A DNA stretch of 35,426 bases from Candidatus Anderseniibacteriota bacterium (GTDB taxonomy: Bacteria; Patescibacteriota; Andersenbacteria; UBA10190): the NCBI GenBank assembly GCA_016197005.1, contig JACPWO010000001.1, positions 540,544 to 575,969 on the forward strand. Direction: 5' to 3'. The notes under the pieces are model-generated. The model worked only from the letters and a program-made list of their open reading frames with translations. It did no database searches and was not told the origin of the DNA. This document shows, piece after piece, positions 18,517-26,756 of the stretch (positions within the stretch are counted from its first letter, which is position 1; each line of letters starts with the position of its first letter). The position numbers were made by a program, and so were the translations under genes.

Positions 18517-19131
18517 ATGCCTGCCATCAGCACTCTTAAATCAATGCTTTATCTTAAACCGTGGCAAACACTCCTTCTTCTTGTCATTCTCTTTGCTGGG
18601 GCTTGGTATCTTTCATATACCAGTGGTCAGGAAGAAGGGGTAGGCGAACAGATGGTAAGTGATACGCCACCACCGGAAAAGGTTCGTGTTGTAACCGTAG
18701 AAGATGCAGTGACTTTTGTGGCAGATAGTGGCCAGCGCATTCGTTATTTGGGAGTTAGAACTCCGCTAGGGGGAGATGCCGAGCAATGTTTTGGCCAAGA
18801 GGCGCTGGCTGCTCAGCAGGCAATTATTGGTAAAGAAGTGCGCCTAGAAGAAGATCCGGTACTCAAGCGATCTCAAGATGGCGCGTGGATGCGATATGTC
18901 TTCATGTCAGATGACAAAGCTCAAACAACTGAAGAAGCAACCCCTGAACTCTTTATCAGTGAACGGATTCTTGATGGTGGCTTCGGATTCTTACTGGCCT
19001 CGCAAGATATGAAGTATGGTCAACGACTGCAGTTGGCTGCTCGTTATGCGGCTTCAACGGGCAAAGGACTATGGCGTGTTTGCAAGCCATACCAAGATGA
19101 TACGAGAATGTGGCAAACTGAAACTCTATGA
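18517..19131 (+). CDS. Staphylococcal-nuclease-like (SNase/thermonuclease fold) secreted or membrane-anchored nuclease
   Basis: It has an N-terminal TM/signal helix. SNase-like blocks are 'VTFVADSGQRIRYLGVRTP', 'FGQEALAA', 'DGAWMRYVF', 'ILDGGFGF' and 'AARYAASTGKGLW'. The ORF opens at TTG 18508 and the first ATG is 18517. Confidence 0.6.
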   Translation: MPAISTLKSMLYLKPWQTLLLLVILFAGAWYLSYTSGQEEGVGEQMVSDTPPPEKVRVVTVEDAVTFVADSGQRIRYLGVRTPLGGDAEQCFGQEALAAQQAIIGKEVRLEEDPVLKRSQDGAWMRYVFMSDDKAQTTEEATPELFISERILDGGFGFLLASQDMKYGQRLQLAARYAASTGKGLWRVCKPYQDDTRMWQTETL

Positions 19132-19766
19132 AGGCTGATCGATTTACTCTTCCTACACCGATTGCGCTCGTCGTGGGACTCCTGGTTATCGGTGGGGCGA
19201 TTTGGTACGCCATTGATCAGTCAGGGACACCACGGAGGCATAAGGGCCCAGCCCTATCTCAAGATCGGCAAGAATATCTAGAGGAGTTAGTGGCGGCGGT
19301 AGAAGACAGCAACATAGATACGAGTCGGTGGCTCACAATAAAGCGTCAGGAGCTAGGGTTTTCCTTTCCGTACCCGGAGGGCTGGGAATACGAGGAGCTG
19401 ACAACTGAAGAAGGTACGCGGCTGGTGCTGCAACCAGTAGGTAAAAGATATTTTCGGGAACCGCAGCGCCTCTATCCATTGGTCGTAGAAGTTGTTCAGG
19501 ACGGAGAACAGGCAGTAGCCGCAAAGTATCCGCCGGAAGAGACACTGGCAGCTAGCAAAGCAAGTCTATATGGAGATACGGCGTCTGTTTCCTTGCTACC
19601 GAATAATGGGGCAGCATATGTATTTCAAAATCCATACCAAAAAAATATCCACGTCATTATGATAGATTCCGTGGATACTATTACTGGTATTGATGAAGGC
19701 GAGCGAGCAGAGCTGCGGGAGATAACGGATGCCATTATTGCTCGCGTCGACTTTTTTCAGCAATAA
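19128..19766 (+). CDS. Hypothetical N-terminally membrane-anchored protein
   Basis: 212 aa with TM helix 'IALVVGLLVIGGAIWYAI'. The start is ATGA-coupled to the nuclease stop. No family recognised. Confidence 0.5.
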   Translation: MKADRFTLPTPIALVVGLLVIGGAIWYAIDQSGTPRRHKGPALSQDRQEYLEELVAAVEDSNIDTSRWLTIKRQELGFSFPYPEGWEYEELTTEEGTRLVLQPVGKRYFREPQRLYPLVVEVVQDGEQAVAAKYPPEETLAASKASLYGDTASVSLLPNNGAAYVFQNPYQKNIHVIMIDSVDTITGIDEGERAELREITDAIIARVDFFQQ

Positions 19767-19770
19767 AAAA

Positions 19771-20260
19771 TCAGCAGAACGCCGGCAGCATATCTGGAAG
19801 ATGATATAAACCTAAGTGGATCGCACAATCTCTTAGGTTCAATTTCCAAATATACCGACAGCGTCCTGCTGACTATTCTCTCTTAAAACCACCTAGGATG
19901 ATTTTGAGAGAGAGGCCGAGGTGGATATAAAAATCCACCTCGACTCAGCGACATCGCAAGTCACCTGTGTGACTTTCGTGTCGCACCTAGTGCCCGTTTG
20001 AGCGGCGGGCTATAGTACTGCTGCTCCCGTTTCCGGGGCGTAGGGGCCGGCGCCTTCGATGATGACAGTACCGTCATCATCGAAAAAACCTTCTGGGCTC
20101 GTTCTGAACACATGACTTTCCTCCATTTTTTGAGCTCGCTAGGCTACCCGTTCCGTACGGATATTTCCTTCCTATTGAGCTCTCCCGCCACTGTGTCTTA
20201 ACTATCCGGTCTATCTAATAAAGATTGTTTACCTTAGTAAGGCACATGGGCGGAAGAGTT
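19771..20260 (-). ncRNA. Candidate structured RNA; RNase P RNA-like CR-I motif present but identity unverified
   Basis: The region has no ORF of 60 aa or more. The minus strand reads 'GAGCUC...GAGCUCAAAAAAUGGAGGAAAGUCAUG' (a hairpin followed by GGAGGAAAGUC). Perfect stems lie at 20055-20084 (12 bp) and 19917-19942 (10 bp), and a 15 bp imperfect stem at 19948-19984. 'CCCG-GAAA-CGGG' is a GNRA tetraloop on the minus strand. The boundaries are guesses. Confidence 0.3.
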
Positions 20261-20351
20261 ATCTCTCCGTTTCAAACCACCTCACACGAGATGATGTGAA
20301 AGAAGAGGAGACCAAGGTAAGTACCAAGGTCTCCGGTAATGTGCGGGTGCT

Positions 20352-20651
20352 CTAGGTGCCATTGATACGTTTGAACAACCTCCTTCCAGTATTTTCGAGG
20401 CGGGGAATTAGGAATTCCACTGTAAAAACTACGAGCACAAACGTAGCAGCACCGGCGACCACCATGGTCGGCAGTAAATTGGTCTTGCCAGAGAGCGTGA
20501 GGCTGAGCCCCACGATGAATGGCAAACAGAACGACACGGACATCGCCACCAAAGCAGCGAAGCTCAGCGTTAATGTAGCCATCGTTTTTGCCAAGATTTT
20601 GATAGCGAACATTGTTTTCTCCAGTTGTGATTTCGCTCTACGAAAGAGCAA
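20352..20651 (-). CDS. Small hypothetical membrane protein (2 predicted TM helices)
   Basis: The 99 aa ORF has two long hydrophobic segments ('LTLSFAALVAMSVSFCLPFIVGLSLTL' and 'MVVAGAATFVLVVFTVEFLI') and basic termini. The fully overlapping plus-strand ORF looks like its shadow. The start is uncertain (M1, M14 or M24). Confidence 0.4.
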   Translation of the reverse strand: MLFRRAKSQLEKTMFAIKILAKTMATLTLSFAALVAMSVSFCLPFIVGLSLTLSGKTNLLPTMVVAGAATFVLVVFTVEFLIPRLENTGRRLFKRINGT

Positions 20652-20955
20652 TGGTTAACTAGGAAGACACACACCAAGTGTTCCTCCGTCTATGGCAGCT
20701 AGGATCAGATGACACTAACCGCCATAGACGGAAGGCCCATACATATGAGCAATCCGTACAACGCAGCCAAAACATATATGCACTCCGGTCTTTAATCCCC
20801 GAGTGTGGCATATATGCCTTCTGCGGCTATTCAGTTGTGGGTGTGCGATCCAAACTAGAACCTGGCATCATATACCTAACGGACGTATTTGTCAAGTTCT
20901 AGATCGCAGCAAAGAATATTAATAGCTACATATAGCCAAAATATTGTTGGAACGT

Positions 20956-21402
20956 TTAGGGTTCTGTTACGGTAATTATTCGTTGATTCTTGTCTTTCCC
21001 AGGAGAGAACTGCATTTTCCAGGCTTTCTTTGGCAGTATGTTGGGTAGTCGCTCTGGCCACTCAATGGCCACAATTCGTTTGTTTTCCTTGGCGGTGGTA
21101 ATAACCTCCTTTAGGTATTCGCTATCCACATTTTCTTCTTCTCCGGGCACTCGATAGAGATCAATATGTACTAGCCACTTCAAGGTCGAGTGTTCAGGGA
21201 TTTCGTATTCTCCGACAATCGTAAATGTAGGCGACGTAACATCTTCTGTTACTCCAAGCGCACGGGCTAACTGTTGAACGAAAGTTGTTTTGCCGGACCC
21301 TAAATCTCCGGATAGGAGTATAACTTCACCAGCGGAAAGTTTTGCCGCAATCTCCCTTGCGAGCGTTTGCAATTCCTCTAAAGAAGTAATCGTATGTAAC
21401 AT
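20956..21402 (-). CDS. tsaE: tRNA t6A37 biosynthesis protein TsaE (P-loop ATPase)
   Basis: 148 aa with 'ILLSGDLGSGKTTFVQQLARALG', 'SPTFTIV' and 'HIDLYR'. Confidence 0.8.
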   Translation of the reverse strand: MLHTITSLEELQTLAREIAAKLSAGEVILLSGDLGSGKTTFVQQLARALGVTEDVTSPTFTIVGEYEIPEHSTLKWLVHIDLYRVPGEEENVDSEYLKEVITTAKENKRIVAIEWPERLPNILPKKAWKMQFSPGKDKNQRIITVTEP

Positions 21403-21404
21403 AC

Positions 21405-22190
21405 CTAGAACAGGAGGATGAGAGCGCTCGCTAAAACGAAAAGATAAATAGCAAACGGCACAAAAGAGATTTTCTCAACCATACGGACAAGGAAGTGAAT
21501 AGCAGCTAGACCGGCTACGAATGAAGTTATGAGGCCGGCAGTTAATATCTCAGGAGAAAGAAGGTGGGCAGTAAGCAAGTGTCCCATTGTCCATATACTC
21601 GCCCCGGCAATGATAGGCACGGACATAAGGAAGGAAAAATGTACGGCTTGGCTGCGAGATAAGCCTCGCGCTCGCCCGGCAGCAATTGTTGTACCGGAGC
21701 GCGATACACCTGGCAGCAACGCCGCTACTTGTGCCAGACCAATGAGGAAAGCATCTAATGTAGTGGCGCGGGGACGCTCCTGACGACGAATGAGAAAATC
21801 ACTGGCGAGGAGAATAGCCGCCGTTACCACAAGACCGGCAGCGGTTACTTGCACACTGCGTAGGTCATTAGCAACTAAGTCTTCTGCGAGATATCCAATA
21901 ATAGCAGCGGGAATGCTAGCGATCAGAAGTTTTCCGAGAAGCTGGCGCTTATCGTTCCCTTCACTGTCATGAACGAATAGGCCGCGACCAATACCAACCC
22001 ATACGCGCCGGTAGTAAACCAGAGCGGCAAGCAAGGTTCCAAGGTGAAGAAAACCGTCAACGGCTAAGCCATTGGTATCAGGAATATTGAAAAAAAGTCT
22101 GGCTGCGATAAGGTGTCCGTCAGAGGATACTGGTAGGAATTCGGTAATTCCTTGTACGAGACCGAGTACAATGATATGAATGAGTTCCAC
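21405..22190 (-). CDS. uppP: Undecaprenyl-diphosphate phosphatase (BacA/UppP)
   Basis: 261 aa polytopic protein with 'GLVQGITEFLPVSSDGHL' and 'PGVSRSGTTIAAG'. Confidence 0.9.
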   Translation of the reverse strand: MELIHIIVLGLVQGITEFLPVSSDGHLIAARLFFNIPDTNGLAVDGFLHLGTLLAALVYYRRVWVGIGRGLFVHDSEGNDKRQLLGKLLIASIPAAIIGYLAEDLVANDLRSVQVTAAGLVVTAAILLASDFLIRRQERPRATTLDAFLIGLAQVAALLPGVSRSGTTIAAGRARGLSRSQAVHFSFLMSVPIIAGASIWTMGHLLTAHLLSPEILTAGLITSFVAGLAAIHFLVRMVEKISFVPFAIYLFVLASALILLF

Positions 22191-22236
22191 GTCTTAAAAC
22201 TACTCGTTAATAGCTATAAGCTACAAGTTAAATACT

Positions 22237-24069
22237 ATGTGTGGAATTGTAGGATACGTCGGCAGTAAAGAAGCACGATCGATTCTCCTGGAAGGTTTAC
22301 AGACCCTTGAGTATCGTGGCTACGATAGTGCTGGGGTAGCGGTGATTCAGGCGGGGGGTATCGAAGTAAAGAAACGGGCGGGGCGGGTAGCAGATTTAGC
22401 CAAAGAACTGGAAGGCTCTACGTTAAGCGGAACTTGTGGTATTAGCCACACCCGTTGGGCGACGCATGGCGGTGTTACTAATGCCAATGCTCACCCGCAT
22501 ACGGATGAGGCCAGGGAAGTAGCCGTAGTTCATAACGGAGTCATTGAAAACCATGCAGCCTTACGCACTACGTTAGAGAAAGAAGGAGTAGAGTTTGCGA
22601 GCGAAACGGATACGGAAGTAATTGCAATGCTAGCCGCACGAGCCTTGAGAAAAGTTAGAACTGCCAAAGAGGCAACGGTCGCGATTAGTAAAATGGTAAG
22701 CAAACTTACCGGAACATATGGCCTTTTAATACTTAGCAAAAAGTTTCCCGATACTATTTTTGCGGCTCGTTTAGGTAGCCCACTTCTTTTAGGGATTGCC
22801 AAGCATGGCTATCTTGTAGCTAGTGATGCAACGGCCGTCAGCGCACATACTGACCAAGTTATATATATCGAAGATGGTGATGTTCTCGCAGTGAATCCCA
22901 AGGGGTATCAGTTTTTGAAAACAGAAAGGAATCACTCGGTTGAACAAATAGAAAAAGTTGAGATGAGTGAAGGCTTAGGAAAGTTTACACACTACATGCA
23001 GAAGGAGATGTACGAGCAGCCCGCTTCCATTACTTCAGCTCTGCGCGGTCACATCCTAAAAAATGAGGCGATTCCTCGGCTTTCTGGCATGAACATCACA
23101 GATGAACAGGCCGGGCAGATAGATCGCATTATTTTTACTGCATGTGGCACAAGTTATCATGCCGCCCTCGTTGCCGAATACTGGCTAGAAGAAATAGCTG
23201 GTCTCCCCGTGGAAGTTGAATATGCTAGTGAGCTTAGGTATCGGAAGTCTCCTGTCGGCGACAATACGTTAGTAGTGGCTATTAGTCAGTCGGGAGAAAC
23301 AGCTGATACACTCGCTGCACTGCGTGAGCTAAAGCGGCAAGGAAAGCTGGTGCGAGCGCTTGTAAACGTCGTTGGCAGCTCCATTGCCCGAGAAGCTGGT
23401 GGTGGACTTTATCTGCATGCGGGTCCAGAAATTGGCGTCGCTTCAACGAAAGCATTTACCTCGCAGCTCGCCGTTTTATTTTTACTTACTACCTACTTCG
23501 CTCGCATCCGCGGTGTCTCAAAGGCAAAAGGAAAAGAATTGCTTAAAGAGCTACAGAATATACCAGTGCATGTTAAAAAAGCACTAACATACGAACACGA
23601 AATTGAAACGATTGCCGAGCGTTACCAAGATGTCCATACCATGCTGTATTTAGGGCGTGGGACTAATTATCCGGTGGCGCTTGAAGGCGCTCTGAAGTTA
23701 AAAGAGGTTAGCTACATTCATGCTGAAGGGTATCCGGCGGCGGAAATGAAGCATGGTCCAATCGCTTTAGTAGATAAAGAAACTCCGAGCGTTATCATTA
23801 ATCCCCGCTCTGCTTTGTATGACAAAGTCATGAGCAATCTAGAAGAAATAAAAGCTCGAAATGGTCCCGTCATAGCGATAGCGACAGAAGGCGATAGGGC
23901 TATCGCCAAGAAAGCCGACCAAGTTATTTATGTTCCAGATGTCCCAGATATTTTTCAACCATTTGTTACAGTTATTCCACTGCAACTTCTTAGTTACCAC
24001 GCCGCACTCGCGCGTGGATGTGATGTCGACAAGCCACGGAATCTAGCAAAATCTGTCACCGTCGAGTAG
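22237..24069 (+). CDS. glmS: Glutamine--fructose-6-phosphate aminotransferase (isomerizing)
   Basis: 610 aa with the N-terminal 'MCGIVGYVG', 'HTRWATHG', two SIS domains ('ISQSGETADT') and the C-terminal 'NLAKSVTVE'. Confidence 0.95.
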   Translation: MCGIVGYVGSKEARSILLEGLQTLEYRGYDSAGVAVIQAGGIEVKKRAGRVADLAKELEGSTLSGTCGISHTRWATHGGVTNANAHPHTDEAREVAVVHNGVIENHAALRTTLEKEGVEFASETDTEVIAMLAARALRKVRTAKEATVAISKMVSKLTGTYGLLILSKKFPDTIFAARLGSPLLLGIAKHGYLVASDATAVSAHTDQVIYIEDGDVLAVNPKGYQFLKTERNHSVEQIEKVEMSEGLGKFTHYMQKEMYEQPASITSALRGHILKNEAIPRLSGMNITDEQAGQIDRIIFTACGTSYHAALVAEYWLEEIAGLPVEVEYASELRYRKSPVGDNTLVVAISQSGETADTLAALRELKRQGKLVRALVNVVGSSIAREAGGGLYLHAGPEIGVASTKAFTSQLAVLFLLTTYFARIRGVSKAKGKELLKELQNIPVHVKKALTYEHEIETIAERYQDVHTMLYLGRGTNYPVALEGALKLKEVSYIHAEGYPAAEMKHGPIALVDKETPSVIINPRSALYDKVMSNLEEIKARNGPVIAIATEGDRAIAKKADQVIYVPDVPDIFQPFVTVIPLQLLSYHAALARGCDVDKPRNLAKSVTVE

Positions 24070-24080
24070 GATCAGGAAGT

Positions 24081-25154
24081 ATGAATTTAGTTGAATTCGA
24101 AGGAAAAGAATTATTCAAAAAGTATGGCATCCCAGTGCCGAAAGGAATTGTTGTAAAATCTTCGGTTGAAAAAGTCTCGTTTCCCTCTCCGGCAGTAGTA
24201 AAAAGTCAGGTTCCTGTAGGGGATAGGGGTCGTAAAGGCGGTATTCTAATTGCTAAAAACACGAAGGAAATTTCATCAGCAGTCACTAAAATTTGGCAAA
24301 CTTCCATCGGTGGGTACGTGCCTGAGAGTCTCTTAATAGAGGAACTTGTAAGTAGTATCGCTGAGCGATACGTAAGTATCTCCTACGATAGTGGTATGCG
24401 CCAACCGGTACTGGCCATTAACAAGCAAGGTGGCTCGGGAACCGCGCGGGCTTCCCTCACCTACATTGATCCCCTGGAAGGCCTACAGTCATATCTTCTT
24501 CGGCAAGCACTTTTTGCCTCTGGGCTTAAGCCATCTCGAGCGCTGGCAGATATTATTAAATCTTTGTGGAATCTATTTCAGTCTGAGCACGCAATTTTAG
24601 CTGAGATGAATCCACTGTTTGAGTTAGCAGATGGTAGTTTTGTTGCTGGGGACGCCAAAGTTATTTTAGACGACAACGCGGTACGACCTGAGTACCGACC
24701 ATACGTTCAGATGAGCGGAGATATTGCGGTGCTTGCCTCGGGTGGAGGTGCTTCCATGATCAATTTAGATGCACTTATGCGAGCAGGTGGACGACCGGCT
24801 AATTACGTTGAGTACTCCGGTAACCCAAAATCGGAAGTAGTACGGACGCTTACGAAAAAAGTTCTATCACAAAGAGGGCTAAAAGGTTGTTGGGTTGTTG
24901 GGGGCACTGCCAACTTTACTGATATTTATGAAACCTTACTTGGGTTTACCGAAGGCCTTTTGTCGGTAAAACCCAAGCCAAAGTACCCGATTGTTATTCG
25001 TCGTGATGGACCCCGACAAAAAGAGGCGTTTGTGATGCTGAAGCAATTTAGTGAGCAGCACGATTTTGATATTCATCTCTTTGGTCCAGAAATTCCGATG
25101 TCAGAATCCGCTAAAGTCATGGTGAAGTTGGCTTATAAGAGAAAGAAGAAATAA
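24081..25154 (+). CDS. SucC-like ATP-grasp subunit (succinyl-CoA synthetase beta / citryl-CoA synthetase / ACL-beta family)
   Basis: 357 aa. 'MNLVEFEGKELFKKYGIPVP' parallels SucC 'MNLHEYQAKQLF..YG.P.P'. Other blocks are 'VVKSQVPVGDRGRKGGI', 'AEMNPL' and 'ANYVEYSGNP'. Confidence 0.75.
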   Translation: MNLVEFEGKELFKKYGIPVPKGIVVKSSVEKVSFPSPAVVKSQVPVGDRGRKGGILIAKNTKEISSAVTKIWQTSIGGYVPESLLIEELVSSIAERYVSISYDSGMRQPVLAINKQGGSGTARASLTYIDPLEGLQSYLLRQALFASGLKPSRALADIIKSLWNLFQSEHAILAEMNPLFELADGSFVAGDAKVILDDNAVRPEYRPYVQMSGDIAVLASGGGASMINLDALMRAGGRPANYVEYSGNPKSEVVRTLTKKVLSQRGLKGCWVVGGTANFTDIYETLLGFTEGLLSVKPKPKYPIVIRRDGPRQKEAFVMLKQFSEQHDFDIHLFGPEIPMSESAKVMVKLAYKRKKK

Positions 25155-25155
25155 T

Positions 25156-26055
25156 ATGGCAATTTTAGTAGACCATAAGACCAACGTTCTTGTTCAGGGG
25201 ATTACCGGCACAGAAGGCTCTCGGGCGGTTAAAGAAATGCTGTTGTATGGCACCACCGTAGTGGCTGGAGTGACCCCGGGTAAGGGCGGACAGAAAGTAG
25301 AAAAAGTACCAGTTTATAACTCGATCAAAGAAGCTCTCAAAAAACATCCAGAAATTAATACAACGCTTGTTGCCGTGCCGCCAATGTTTGTAAAGGATGC
25401 CATTCTCGAAGCAGTTGCCAGTCGCATTCCGCTCATAAACGTACTGACCGAGAAGGTACCGGTAGCCGATATTGCTTACTGTTTCGCTGCGGCACAACGT
25501 ATGGGCGTCCGAATCGTTGGGCCGAGCTCCGTTGGTATTATTTCTCCTGGGAAAGCGAAGGTTGGAGCTATCGGTGCTGCTGAATTGGTAGATCGCGTGT
25601 TTAAAGCAGGTGTGGTTGGAGTTATCTCGAAAAGCGGTGGTATGACTGCTGAAATTTCTCGTATTTTAACGGAAGCAGGCTTAGGACAAAGTACCGCTGT
25701 TGGTATCGGGGGCGAGGTATTGCTCGGTTCAGATTTTGTTGATTTGGCTCGTCTTTTTGAAGCAGATAGACAGACGAAGGTAATTGTTATCTTTGGCGAA
25801 GTAGGTGGACCATATGAGGAACTTTTGGCGGAGGCTATGACTGCTGGTGAAATTACAAAGCCGGTTGTTGCTCTTATTGCTGGTGGGTTCTCAACAAAGC
25901 TCCCTTCTGGCACTGTTTTGGGGCATGCGGGTGCCATTGTTAGTGCGGGGAAGGGGTCGGCTGAGTCTAAGATACGGGCACTTACAAAGGCCGGCGCGCG
26001 CATCGCCAAATCTCCAGAAGATATCCCGAAATTGGTCAAGAAAATGTTAGGATAA
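25156..26055 (+). CDS. SucD-like CoA-binding subunit with phosphohistidine loop
   Basis: 299 aa with 'VLVQGITGTEGS', 'VAGVTPGKGGQ', 'VGPSSVGIISPG', 'SKSGGMT' and 'VLGHAGAIVSAGKGSAESK'. Confidence 0.85.
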   Translation: MAILVDHKTNVLVQGITGTEGSRAVKEMLLYGTTVVAGVTPGKGGQKVEKVPVYNSIKEALKKHPEINTTLVAVPPMFVKDAILEAVASRIPLINVLTEKVPVADIAYCFAAAQRMGVRIVGPSSVGIISPGKAKVGAIGAAELVDRVFKAGVVGVISKSGGMTAEISRILTEAGLGQSTAVGIGGEVLLGSDFVDLARLFEADRQTKVIVIFGEVGGPYEELLAEAMTAGEITKPVVALIAGGFSTKLPSGTVLGHAGAIVSAGKGSAESKIRALTKAGARIAKSPEDIPKLVKKMLG

Positions 26056-26059
26056 GAAC

Positions 26060-26755
26060 ATGTTAGACATTGAGACTGCAATCAGCGAGAACAAAGACGG
26101 CCATCATTACATTCATGGTCACGACGTACTGGAGCTCATCGAAAAGAAGTCATTCACCGATATGTTGTTTTTGCTGTGGCGAGGAAATGAGGCTAATGCA
26201 AAAGAAAAAGAATTATTAGAGGCGATGCTCGTAGCATGCGTCGAACATGGAGTGGAAGCTCCCTCTTTATTTGTACCCAGAGTAGTTGCTTCAACAGGTA
26301 ATGACATGAATGCTTCTTTGGCAGCCAGTGCACTTACGGTCAACAAAAAACACGGGGGAGCAATTGAAGCAGCAGCTAGTATGCTGGCTGAAGATAAGAT
26401 AGCGGAAGATAGTGTAAAAGAACGACTTGAATCCAAGAAGATTATTCCTGGTCTTGGTCATAAGATATATAAAGATGAAGATCCGCGGGCCACTGTTCTG
26501 GGAAAGAAAGCAGAGGGATTGGGTTTCCAGGGCGGCTACTTTAAAAAGATGTATGCCATTGAAGCGGCCTTTGAATCTATGAAAGGGAAGCGTTTGCCTG
26601 TGAACATAGATGGTGCTCTGGCTGCTGGTATGCTTGAGCTCAAACTAAATCCTGTGTATGGCATGGCGCTGTTTATTATCCCTCGCCTGGTCGGAGCTGC
26701 AGCACACATTGTTGAAGAGCAAAAATCTGGTGGAAGTTACCGAAGGTTAAAGTGA
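26060..26755 (+). CDS. Short citrate-synthase-fold protein, citryl-CoA lyase-like (equivalent to the ACL C-terminal module)
   Basis: 231 aa with 'ACVEHGVEAPSLFVPRVVASTGNDMNASLAASALTVNKKHGGA', 'IIPGLGHKIYKDEDPRA' and 'PVNIDGAL'. These correspond to the citrate synthase His/His/Asp catalytic motif contexts. It lacks the large N-terminal part of true citrate synthases. Confidence 0.65.
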   Translation: MLDIETAISENKDGHHYIHGHDVLELIEKKSFTDMLFLLWRGNEANAKEKELLEAMLVACVEHGVEAPSLFVPRVVASTGNDMNASLAASALTVNKKHGGAIEAAASMLAEDKIAEDSVKERLESKKIIPGLGHKIYKDEDPRATVLGKKAEGLGFQGGYFKKMYAIEAAFESMKGKRLPVNIDGALAAGMLELKLNPVYGMALFIIPRLVGAAAHIVEEQKSGGSYRRLK

Positions 26756-26756
26756 T

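Noticed and set aside
19833-19860. tRNA-like T-loop 'AGGTTCAATTTCC' on the plus strand.
   Set aside because: No acceptor, D or anticodon arms can be built around it. The segment is instead the 3' arm of an 8 bp hairpin (AACCTAAG/CTTAGGTT).
20033-20090. The plus-strand 'GGGGCGTAGGGG...TTCGATGATGAC' resembles a tmRNA 5' end (GGGGCUGAUUCUGGAUUCGAC).
   Set aside because: There is no T-arm or CCA-proximal acceptor complement within the following ~400 nt on that strand.
20356-20658. 100 aa plus-strand ORF.
   Set aside because: It fully overlaps the minus-strand 99 aa ORF, whose two clean TM helices look more protein-like. The plus-strand product has no features.
22191-22236. Possible glmS ribozyme upstream of glmS.
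   Set aside because: The uppP-glmS spacer is only 46 bp, which is far too short for the ~170 nt ribozyme.
25476-26081. 201 aa minus-strand ORF antisense to the SucD-like gene. Similar antisense ORFs lie within the atpA, atpD, glmS and uppP genes.
   Set aside because: These are shadow ORFs opposite strongly conserved genes. Their composition is low-complexity and rich in Pro, Ser and Ala.
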